Shown here piece by piece: positions 17,106 through 23,764 of a stretch of DNA of 25,598 nucleotides. The position numbers were made by a program, and so were the translations under genes. The notes under the pieces were generated by a model. That model saw only the letters and a list, made by a program, of their open reading frames with translations. It had not been told where the DNA came from and did no database searches. Position 1 is the stretch's first letter; the number at the start of each line of letters is the position of its first letter. Origin of the DNA: a virus. Lineage: Duplodnaviria; Caudoviricetes. The DNA lies in the IMG/VR virus record IMGVR_UViG_3300020591_000005, positions 1 to 25,598 of that record. One strand, 5' to 3'.

Positions 17106-17560
17106 TGCTTGCCTTTCTGACCGCCGTTGTCGCATCCGGCCTATCTTTCACATGCACACCTACTGCGGTTTACGACGGAGACGGCCCGATCTGGTGCGCG
17201 GAGGGGCCGAAGATCAGGCTGGCAGGCATCGCAGCGCGTGAAATGGATGGAACCTGTCGTTCCAACCAGCCATGCCCGAAGGCTGGCGCAGCGGAGGCCC
17301 GAAACCATCTGGCGGTGCTAGTCGGTAAACCGATCGGTCGCAGGCCAGAGGGGCACATTCTGGTAAAAGGCGCTCCGCTTCGATGTGTGTCAGAAGGGAA
17401 CGGCAGGGGTTCTCGCACCGCCGCTTGGTGCCAGACGGCACAGGGAGTTGACCTTTCGTGCGCTATGGTGCGATCTGGTATGGCGCTGAGATGGGCGCGG
17501 TATCAGGGGGATAAGGTTTGCAATGAAGGCGGACGAAAAAAAATGCCCGAAGTGCGCTGA
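17105..17560 (+). CDS. Thermonuclease (SNase-like) family protein, predicted secreted
   Basis: Hydrophobic N-terminus, VYDGDG, KIRLAGIAARE, RTAAWC, DLSCAMVRSGMA..W..Y; TAATG coupling to the upstream stop. Confidence 0.82.
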   Translation: MLAFLTAVVASGLSFTCTPTAVYDGDGPIWCAEGPKIRLAGIAAREMDGTCRSNQPCPKAGAAEARNHLAVLVGKPIGRRPEGHILVKGAPLRCVSEGNGRGSRTAAWCQTAQGVDLSCAMVRSGMALRWARYQGDKVCNEGGRKKMPEVR

Positions 17561-18062
17561 GGCGATCAAGAAAGAGGCATTAGTTTGTAAGCATTGCGGG
17601 CAAACCTTCTCACAATCAGAAGTGGCGGCCACGCTAAAGCACGATGCTGACAGCAAGCGCAACGGTGCGATTGGGTGCCTCCTGTTGATTGTGGCTTTGG
17701 TAGCTGTCGCTAAGTGTAGTTCAGGCGGAGACAAGTCAGCAACATCGGAAACGTCCACTGCCGAAACGAAGGTTGAGGCGGAAAAGAAAGATGAGGATCT
17801 TCGCAAGGGCTTCCACTGCCTGAGCGGATGGGACGGAGCCAACCGCAGTTTGAAAGATCAGGTCAAGAACGCGCTGCGTAACCCATCGTCATTCGAGCAT
17901 ATCGAAACGCGGATTGCCCCAGTGAACAAGGAAGGGAAGCATCCTATCTTCATGAAATATCGTGCCGAAAATGGGTTCGGCGGGATGAACGTGGAGAATG
18001 CAGCCGGGTTCGTTGATCCCGCTTCGTGCGACGCCGTGGTTATAGCTGCTGGGGTACGGTGA
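17523..18062 (+). CDS. Zinc-ribbon, single-TM membrane protein of unknown function
   Basis: KKCPKCAE.IK.EA.VCKHCG, one TM (AIGCLLLIVALVAVA), S/T linker, C-terminal LRNPSSFEHIET..YRAENGFGG domain. Confidence 0.8.
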   Translation: MKADEKKCPKCAEAIKKEALVCKHCGQTFSQSEVAATLKHDADSKRNGAIGCLLLIVALVAVAKCSSGGDKSATSETSTAETKVEAEKKDEDLRKGFHCLSGWDGANRSLKDQVKNALRNPSSFEHIETRIAPVNKEGKHPIFMKYRAENGFGGMNVENAAGFVDPASCDAVVIAAGVR

Positions 18063-18094
18063 GGGCGAACCGCACCCCTTGGACCATCTACCTT

Positions 18095-18370
18095 TCAGAC
18101 CCCCAAGGCCTTGTGTAGAATTTCATTCATGCGGGTCTGCCATCCCGGTCCATCGGCCTTGAGTTTATCCAGAATAGACCCGTCCAACCTTACTGTGACC
18201 TGTTCCTTTCGCTGAGCGGCGACCGTGCCGGTTGGACGACCCGGCTTACGCACAAGCGCCTGCGCCATCTTGGCGGGGAGAGCCTCAGAAGCAGGGCGGG
18301 CCTTAGCGAAATCTTCCTCGGTCCATTCAGGGTTGTCGTCATAGCCAACAGGCGGTTTTCCCTTATTCAT
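18095..18370 (-). CDS. brnA: BrnA-family antitoxin (91 aa)
   Basis: DDNPEWTEEDFA.ARP, GRP, KEQVTVRLD..IL...KA.GPGWQTRMNEIL. ATG at 18370-18368 follows AGGAG and overlaps the toxin stop by 8 nt. Confidence 0.93.
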   Translation of the reverse strand: MNKGKPPVGYDDNPEWTEEDFAKARPASEALPAKMAQALVRKPGRPTGTVAAQRKEQVTVRLDGSILDKLKADGPGWQTRMNEILHKALGV

Positions 18371-18620
18371 AGCGGCGCATCTCCTTCTCATGCGCCCGGC
18401 GAAAGCTGATGACGCGGATGCCGGTCGCGGTTTCAGTGTAGACGAGGCAATGCCCAAGGCCGTCGATGCGGCCAAACGCACGATAACGAACCTCGCCATA
18501 ATCATAGCGGTCATCGGTAAGGACGACCGGATCAGCGTCGAACCCGGTGAAGTCCGCGAAGGACAGGCCACGCTCCTTAATGTTGCGAGCGTTCTTCGCG
18601 GGGTCGAAGCTGATTTCCAT
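18363..18620 (-). CDS. brnT: BrnT-family ribonuclease toxin (85 aa)
   Basis: FDPAKNARN..ERGLSF, D.R.DYGE.RY..FG, VYT....IRVISFRRA..KE..RY. Confidence 0.94.
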   Translation of the reverse strand: MEISFDPAKNARNIKERGLSFADFTGFDADPVVLTDDRYDYGEVRYRAFGRIDGLGHCLVYTETATGIRVISFRRAHEKEMRRYE

Positions 18621-18626
18621 GCGTTT

Positions 18627-18673
18627 CTTGTAACTACAGAAAATGCATTGGTCAACAATTAAATGTAACTACA
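18627..18673 (-). promoter_or_regulatory. brnTA promoter with two palindromic operators
   Basis: Minus strand: TTGACC (18655-18650), 17 nt, TACAAG (18632-18627), 6 nt, ATG. Identical TGTA-AC-TACA boxes at 18629-18638 and 18664-18673. Confidence 0.75.
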
Positions 18674-18694
18674 ATACTTAACGGAGAATAGTGC

Positions 18695-21160
18695 ATGGCA
18701 ACAGGGCAAGGCTCCGGGGTCGTCCTCGGCTATCTCCGCTACATCCTCGGCATGGACAGTATCGCTTTTCAGGAAGGATTGGGCGAGGCTGAGAAGAAGC
18801 TCAAGCTGGCGCAGAAGAACATCCAGAAGACCGCCAAGGGTTTCACGGATATTGGCAAGACGCTCTCGGTCGCCGTAACCGCGCCTCTGGTCGGCTTCGG
18901 TGCCGCTGTCATCAAGATGGGTGGCGACTTCGAAGCGGGAATGAACCGCGTCGCCATTTCGACGCAGGGCACCGCCGACGAACTGAAGGCGATGAACGAC
19001 CTCGCGCTCAAGCTGGGCAAGGATACCGTTTTCGGCGCGACTGACGCTGCCGATGCAATGGATGAACTTGCGAAGAATGGCCTCGACGCGCGCCAGATAC
19101 TCGACGGCGCGGCAACGGCGGCGGTTAATCTCGCCTCTGCGGCCGGATCAGAATTGTCGCCCGCCGCTACCGCGATCAGTGACGTGATGCAGCAATTCAA
19201 ACTGACGGCTGGGGAACTTCCAGATGCGGTCAATCAGATTACCGGCGCGGTCAACGCGTCCAAGCTGGATTTTGCGGACTATGCCCAGGCCATCGCACAG
19301 GCGGGCGGCGTGGCCGGCGCCGTGGGCGTCAACTTTCAGGATTTCAATACTGCCATCGCGGCGACTTCCGCGCTGTTCGCGAGCGGGTCTGACGCGGGAA
19401 CCAGCTTCAAGACCTTCCTCACTTCGCTCCCCGGTAATTCCAGTAGCGCCATTGCAGCGATCCAGAAGTATGGACTTTCCTTCTATGATGCGCAGGGGAA
19501 CATGCGTTCCATGGGCGAAATCGCGGAGGAATTGCGCACGAAGCTCGGCAATCTCAACGACCAGGCCAAGACCGATGTGCTGAAAACGATCTTCGGATCC
19601 GACGCCATGCGAACGGCTATCGGCCTGATGGATCAGGGCGCGGCAGGGCTGGAGAAGGTGCGCGCTGGTATCGCGGCGACAGACGCTGCTGCGCAGTCCA
19701 GCAAGCGCTTGCAGGGTTTCAACGGCCAGATGGAGCAGTTGAAAGGCGCGTTCGAAACGCTGGCAATCAAGATCGCTCAATCTGGCGTGCTGGAGGCTAT
19801 CACCTCGATGGTGACGAAGTTGGGTGACTTCATCGACTATCTGTCTGAGACAAACCCTGAAATTTTGAAATGGGGTGCCGTTCTCGGCACTCTGGCGGCG
19901 GGCATCGGCCCTGTTGCATTAGGCATTGGCAGCTTGATCTCAGGCTTCGGAAAAATGCTGCCGCTGCTTTTGAAAGTGGCGCCAGCGTTCCAGACGATTA
20001 TCCCTGTAATCGCCACGGTCGGTCGCGCCCTCATCGGCCTGGCTATCGCTGGCGGGCCGCTGACCCTCATCGCCGCTGCTGTCGCCGCCGTCGTGGTGGT
20101 CTGGAAGAATTGGGACACCATCGGCCCTATCGTTCAAAAGATGTATAACGCGGTGAAGACATGGGTGCTCGATAAGCTCGGAGCGGTTTGGACAGCGGTT
20201 AAGTCAAAGATCGATGCGGTAAAGGGCTGGTTCTTCGACCTCTACGACGCCGTTGTGGGCCATTCTTACATTCCCGACATGGTAGATGAGATCGGCCAAA
20301 ACATGGCTCGTCTCCAGCAGTTGATGGTCGATCCGGCGCAGAAGACGACACAGAAGGCAGGGGATGCCTTCCGCGACATGGCATCGCGAGTTGGAAGCAT
20401 CATTGACGAACTTTTTCCGAAGACGGCGGAATTGCGCGAGGAAATGGCGAAGCTCATTGCGCTTCAAAACGACACAACGCTTTCAGCAGATGTGCGGCAA
20501 GCGGCGGTCGACAAGCAGATTTCGCGTGTGCTCAACGCGCAGGATGCGGCTCGGGGGGAAGTATCCTCTCCGCTAGGCGATATTGAGCCTATCGCGGGGG
20601 CGCTGGACGACGCCTATGCATCTGTCGCCCAAGCCGGTCAGGATGCAGCCGACCGAATGATGTCCGCGAACGAGGTCGCAGGGCAGTCATTCGTAGACAT
20701 GGCGAATCAGTCGCTTAACGCGCTCTCCAACCTCGCGAGCGCGATTAAGGGCGGTGGGATTTTGGATATCCTTTCGAGCGTGTTCAATGCCTTCGGAGCT
20801 ATCGCGGGCAGCGGCGTGCTTGGGAAAGGGTTGGCAACGAGCTTCAAGAACTTCAACCCTATCTCAGGATTTCGAGCCAATGGCGGTCCTGTCTCCGCTG
20901 GCCGGACCTATGTGGTAGGTGAGCGCGGCCCGGAAATGTTCACGCCTTCGCGGTCCGGCTATGTTCACCCGAACGGAGCCAACGACAACGGCGGGCGGAT
21001 GCATGTGGAAGTCGTCCCTTCCCCCTATTTCGACGTGCATGTCCGGAATCAGGCGGCAGGCGTTGCCGCTCCCATGGCGATGGCGTCCGGTATGCAGGCC
21101 CGTAGCGCCGCCACGGCTGACGTGGCTCAGAGAAGCCGCCGCCGCATTCCGGGGAGGTGA
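18695..21160 (+). CDS. Tail tape measure protein (TP901-type core)
   Basis: 821 aa, Ala/Gly-rich and helical. FE..M..V, LG..T.F.A..AA.AM.ELAK.G, GS.AGT, IFGSDAMR, Trp-spaced repeats, C-terminal RANGGPV..G..YVVGERGPE.F.P. Confidence 0.96.
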   Translation: MATGQGSGVVLGYLRYILGMDSIAFQEGLGEAEKKLKLAQKNIQKTAKGFTDIGKTLSVAVTAPLVGFGAAVIKMGGDFEAGMNRVAISTQGTADELKAMNDLALKLGKDTVFGATDAADAMDELAKNGLDARQILDGAATAAVNLASAAGSELSPAATAISDVMQQFKLTAGELPDAVNQITGAVNASKLDFADYAQAIAQAGGVAGAVGVNFQDFNTAIAATSALFASGSDAGTSFKTFLTSLPGNSSSAIAAIQKYGLSFYDAQGNMRSMGEIAEELRTKLGNLNDQAKTDVLKTIFGSDAMRTAIGLMDQGAAGLEKVRAGIAATDAAAQSSKRLQGFNGQMEQLKGAFETLAIKIAQSGVLEAITSMVTKLGDFIDYLSETNPEILKWGAVLGTLAAGIGPVALGIGSLISGFGKMLPLLLKVAPAFQTIIPVIATVGRALIGLAIAGGPLTLIAAAVAAVVVVWKNWDTIGPIVQKMYNAVKTWVLDKLGAVWTAVKSKIDAVKGWFFDLYDAVVGHSYIPDMVDEIGQNMARLQQLMVDPAQKTTQKAGDAFRDMASRVGSIIDELFPKTAELREEMAKLIALQNDTTLSADVRQAAVDKQISRVLNAQDAARGEVSSPLGDIEPIAGALDDAYASVAQAGQDAADRMMSANEVAGQSFVDMANQSLNALSNLASAIKGGGILDILSSVFNAFGAIAGSGVLGKGLATSFKNFNPISGFRANGGPVSAGRTYVVGERGPEMFTPSRSGYVHPNGANDNGGRMHVEVVPSPYFDVHVRNQAAGVAAPMAMASGMQARSAATADVAQRSRRRIPGR

Positions 21161-21191
21161 AGATGATAAATGAGAGCAAGTGGAGAAAATT

Positions 21192-21338
21192 GTGAGTGAG
21201 AACGATCAGAAAAGCGACGAGCGCGACACCGAGATTGCCACACTGGCAGCCCGCGTGGACGTGCTCGAAGCCTCCGTTCAGGATTTGGCGGGTCTCATTG
21301 GAGAATTATCCCCCCAAAGAGGCGACAGCCGCGATTAG
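21192..21338 (+). CDS. Small acidic coiled-coil-like ORF (48 aa), not in the ORF track
   Basis: GGAG (21182-21185) then GTG at 21192: MSENDQKSDERDTEIATLAARVDVLEASVQDLAGLIGELSPQRGDSRD*. Confidence 0.5.
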   Translation: MSENDQKSDERDTEIATLAARVDVLEASVQDLAGLIGELSPQRGDSRD

Positions 21339-21527
21339 CCGTTCTTTCGCGGCGGCGACTGCGAGGGCTTCCAACTCGCCTTCATTTTGGACGCCGGGTG
21401 GATCGAAGTGGGGCAAGGAAACTGAAATATAGTCTCCAAGCTTCGCGCTGTTCCCTTTGAGTTGAATTCTCGCCGTCTTGCGCTTCAAGTCTGTTTGAAC
21501 GGACATCACTTCGTAGGCTGCTGTCAT
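21306..21527 (-). CDS. Small hypothetical protein (73 aa), antisense moron
   Basis: Strong AGGAGG RBS 6 nt before the ATG; globular-looking composition; fills the gap between tape measure and the next tail gene. Confidence 0.72.
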   Translation of the reverse strand: MTAAYEVMSVQTDLKRKTARIQLKGNSAKLGDYISVSLPHFDPPGVQNEGELEALAVAAAKERLIAAVASLGG

Positions 21528-21608
21528 GCGAATCCTCCTGCTGTTGCAGACGCAGGATGGGGCGGTGTCTCCAATGAGTCCACCGCCACTACATTCTGGA
21601 GATAATCC

Positions 21609-22211
21609 TTGGCCATCATAGAAATGCCCGATTGGGTTGTCCCGAGCGCCGCAGAGCCTTTCCTGCGCGATTTCGGCGCAGTGCTAACGCCGTTCCTTGG
21701 TGGGCCGGAACAGCGGATCAATCGGTTGGGAACGCGCTTCGGTCTGCGCGTGACGCTTCCACCGATGCCGACACGCGATAAAGCGCTGATCGTCCAGTCC
21801 CGTCTTCTGAGGGCGCGCGAAGATCGGTTGCGGATGGAATGGCCGCAGCCCGATTTCGACGCCGGGTCGCCGGGGGCACCGCTGGTTTCGGCTGCGGTAA
21901 CATCGGGCGTGGCATTGCCGCTCAAAGGGATGGCAGCGGGCTATCAGGTCAAGGAGGGCCAGGTTCTCGCCATCACCCACGGCGGTCGCCGCTATGTGCA
22001 TATCTTTTCGGCTGACGGGACCGTTGCTGGCGGCGGAACGCTGAGCGCGTCGATCTGGCCGATGCTGCGAACCCCGCTGTCATTGAACGACGTTGTGGAA
22101 ATCGCGGCTCCGAAGATCGAAGGCATGGTTTCACCGGGGGATGAGCTTTCGTGGCAGATTTCGGTGGACCGGCTGGCGAGTTTCAGTTTCACCCTTTCGG
22201 AGGCGGCATGA
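21609..22211 (+). CDS. Minor tail protein (distal-tail position)
   Basis: TTG start after GGAG; P..GG.EQRINR.G.RF...VT.PP; first structural-type gene after tape measure. Confidence 0.7.
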   Translation: MAIIEMPDWVVPSAAEPFLRDFGAVLTPFLGGPEQRINRLGTRFGLRVTLPPMPTRDKALIVQSRLLRAREDRLRMEWPQPDFDAGSPGAPLVSAAVTSGVALPLKGMAAGYQVKEGQVLAITHGGRRYVHIFSADGTVAGGGTLSASIWPMLRTPLSLNDVVEIAAPKIEGMVSPGDELSWQISVDRLASFSFTLSEAA

Positions 22212-22633
22212 CCAATTTGGCGGAAACCGAATATATCGAGCGCATCCGTGTGCAGACGACACTGGCGGAGCGACTGCTGGCTGCGTTGATGCTGGTCAAC
22301 GGCGGCGCGATCATCGGGCTTTTCACATTCCTCGGTAATGCCGCGACAAAAGACGCGGCGCTGCGGCTGGACACAGCGGCGATATGGTGGGGCTTCGCTG
22401 CCTTTATCATCGGCCTGCTGGCGGCGCTTACGGCGTTCGCCTGTGCATTTCTCTCGCAGCATCACTACACGCTTGCCTGCCACTACCAGATCGAGGGCCG
22501 CGCCGAACAGGAGCGCACGGAGATCATCGCTGGCGGGAAGATTTATGCTGCTGGCATCATCGCCGCCATCGGTTCGGTCGTGAGCTTCGGCGCAGGGGCG
22601 TTCCTTTCCCTGATGGGCGTTCTGCCCGCCTGA
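22208..22633 (+). CDS. Three-TM membrane protein (141 aa), probable moron
   Basis: ATGA overlap; L.LVNGGA motif and three hydrophobic helices; followed by a terminator. Confidence 0.75.
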   Translation: MTNLAETEYIERIRVQTTLAERLLAALMLVNGGAIIGLFTFLGNAATKDAALRLDTAAIWWGFAAFIIGLLAALTAFACAFLSQHHYTLACHYQIEGRAEQERTEIIAGGKIYAAGIIAAIGSVVSFGAGAFLSLMGVLPA

Positions 22634-22657
22634 CGCCGCCACCCACAACAATCTGAC

Positions 22658-22689
22658 AGGGCTGCCCTAACCGGCGGCCCTTTTCCTTT
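22658..22689 (+). terminator. Rho-independent terminator inside the tail operon
   Basis: AGGGCTGCC-CTAACC-GGCGGCCCT-TTTCCTTT. Confidence 0.75.
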
Positions 22690-22700
22690 GGGGATCATCC

Positions 22701-23348
22701 TTGGACGCAACGCTCAAGAACGCGCTGGCCCAGCCAGCCGTGCTCCTTTTTGGCGCGCTCCGCATGGAGTTGCCGGATTACACCCTGAGACTGCTCGACG
22801 GGTCGGCCACGCTTGTGATCGGCGGGGAAACCTATGTCGGCAAGGATGAGACCTTCGGCACCATCGCGAGCATTTCGGAACTGACCGAAGAGATTGGCGA
22901 CAGCGCCCCGGAGATCACGGTCACGCTGTTCCCGCCCGATGTCAGCGCCACGGCGGTTCTATCCCACCCGAACATGCAGGGCAGCGTGGTGCATCTCATG
23001 GTGGGCGCGGTGGACATGGCAAGCGGCCTTGTCATCGGCGCGCCGGAAACCCTGTTCCTTGGCGAGATCGACGTGCCGACCATCGGCATCGATCAGAGCG
23101 GCGCGCGCACGGTCGAATACACCGTCGTCAGCGTGTTCGAACGCCTGTTCGAGGTGGAGGAGGGCCAGCGCGCGTCCGATGGCTGGCATCAGTCCATCCA
23201 CCCCGGCGAATTGGGCCTGGAGTTCATGACCGGCACGGATGTGAACCTCTATTGGGGCGCAAAAAGTCCTCAAAATGTGTCCCAGCAGAAGAGTGGCTGG
23301 GCAGGCATAATCCAGCAATCCGCTGCCAATTGGCAGGCCCGTCAATGA
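22701..23348 (+). CDS. Minor tail / tail-tip hub protein (lambda gpL-like position)
   Basis: Acidic and beta-rich; F.GEID, HQSIHPGELGLEF; position before the gpK-like and gpJ-like genes. Confidence 0.7.
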   Translation: MDATLKNALAQPAVLLFGALRMELPDYTLRLLDGSATLVIGGETYVGKDETFGTIASISELTEEIGDSAPEITVTLFPPDVSATAVLSHPNMQGSVVHLMVGAVDMASGLVIGAPETLFLGEIDVPTIGIDQSGARTVEYTVVSVFERLFEVEEGQRASDGWHQSIHPGELGLEFMTGTDVNLYWGAKSPQNVSQQKSGWAGIIQQSAANWQARQ

Positions 23349-23764
23349 CCCCGCTCGAACGCCGCCACGCCGCGATCGAGGCAACCATGGCCCGCTACCG
23401 CGACCGTCCATTCCAGTGGGGCAAGGTGGACTGCGCCAAGGTCGCTGCTTTCCACCTGAAGAAGCTGGGCTATAAAATCCTCATCAGCAAGGCGGGATCC
23501 TATCAGTCGCAGCTTGGCGCGGCGCGGGCCTTGAAGCGGCTGGGCTATTCGACGCTGGCTGAAATGGCGGACGGCATCGGCCTCACACCGATCCCCTATT
23601 CCCGAATGCTTCTTGGGGACATCGCGGAGATCGAGGGTGATAGCCCGGTGGGAACGGTCTGTCTTTATGCGGGCAACGGCAAGCTGTTCGGTTTCCATGA
23701 GGACCATCCGGGGCTGGTGACGCTGGAGCCGAAGTCCATCCTGCGCGCCTGGAGCGTTCTATGA
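23345..23764 (+). CDS. NlpC/P60-like (DUF6950-type) tail-tip protein
   Basis: ATGA overlap gives a start at 23345. RPFQWGKVDCA motif and GDIA. Confidence 0.78.
   Translation: MTPLERRHAAIEATMARYRDRPFQWGKVDCAKVAAFHLKKLGYKILISKAGSYQSQLGAARALKRLGYSTLAEMADGIGLTPIPYSRMLLGDIAEIEGDSPVGTVCLYAGNGKLFGFHEDHPGLVTLEPKSILRAWSVL

Noticed and set aside
18095-18658. 187-aa minus-strand ORF as one protein or a toxin-antitoxin fusion
   Set aside because: Only the last 91 aa are BrnA-like and have their own RBS and ATG at 18370; the extension overlaps brnT in another frame.
21196-21432. 78-aa plus-strand ORF from the ORF track
   Set aside because: Unnatural composition and large overlap with the 73-aa minus gene; the 21192-21338 frame fits the RBS spacing better.
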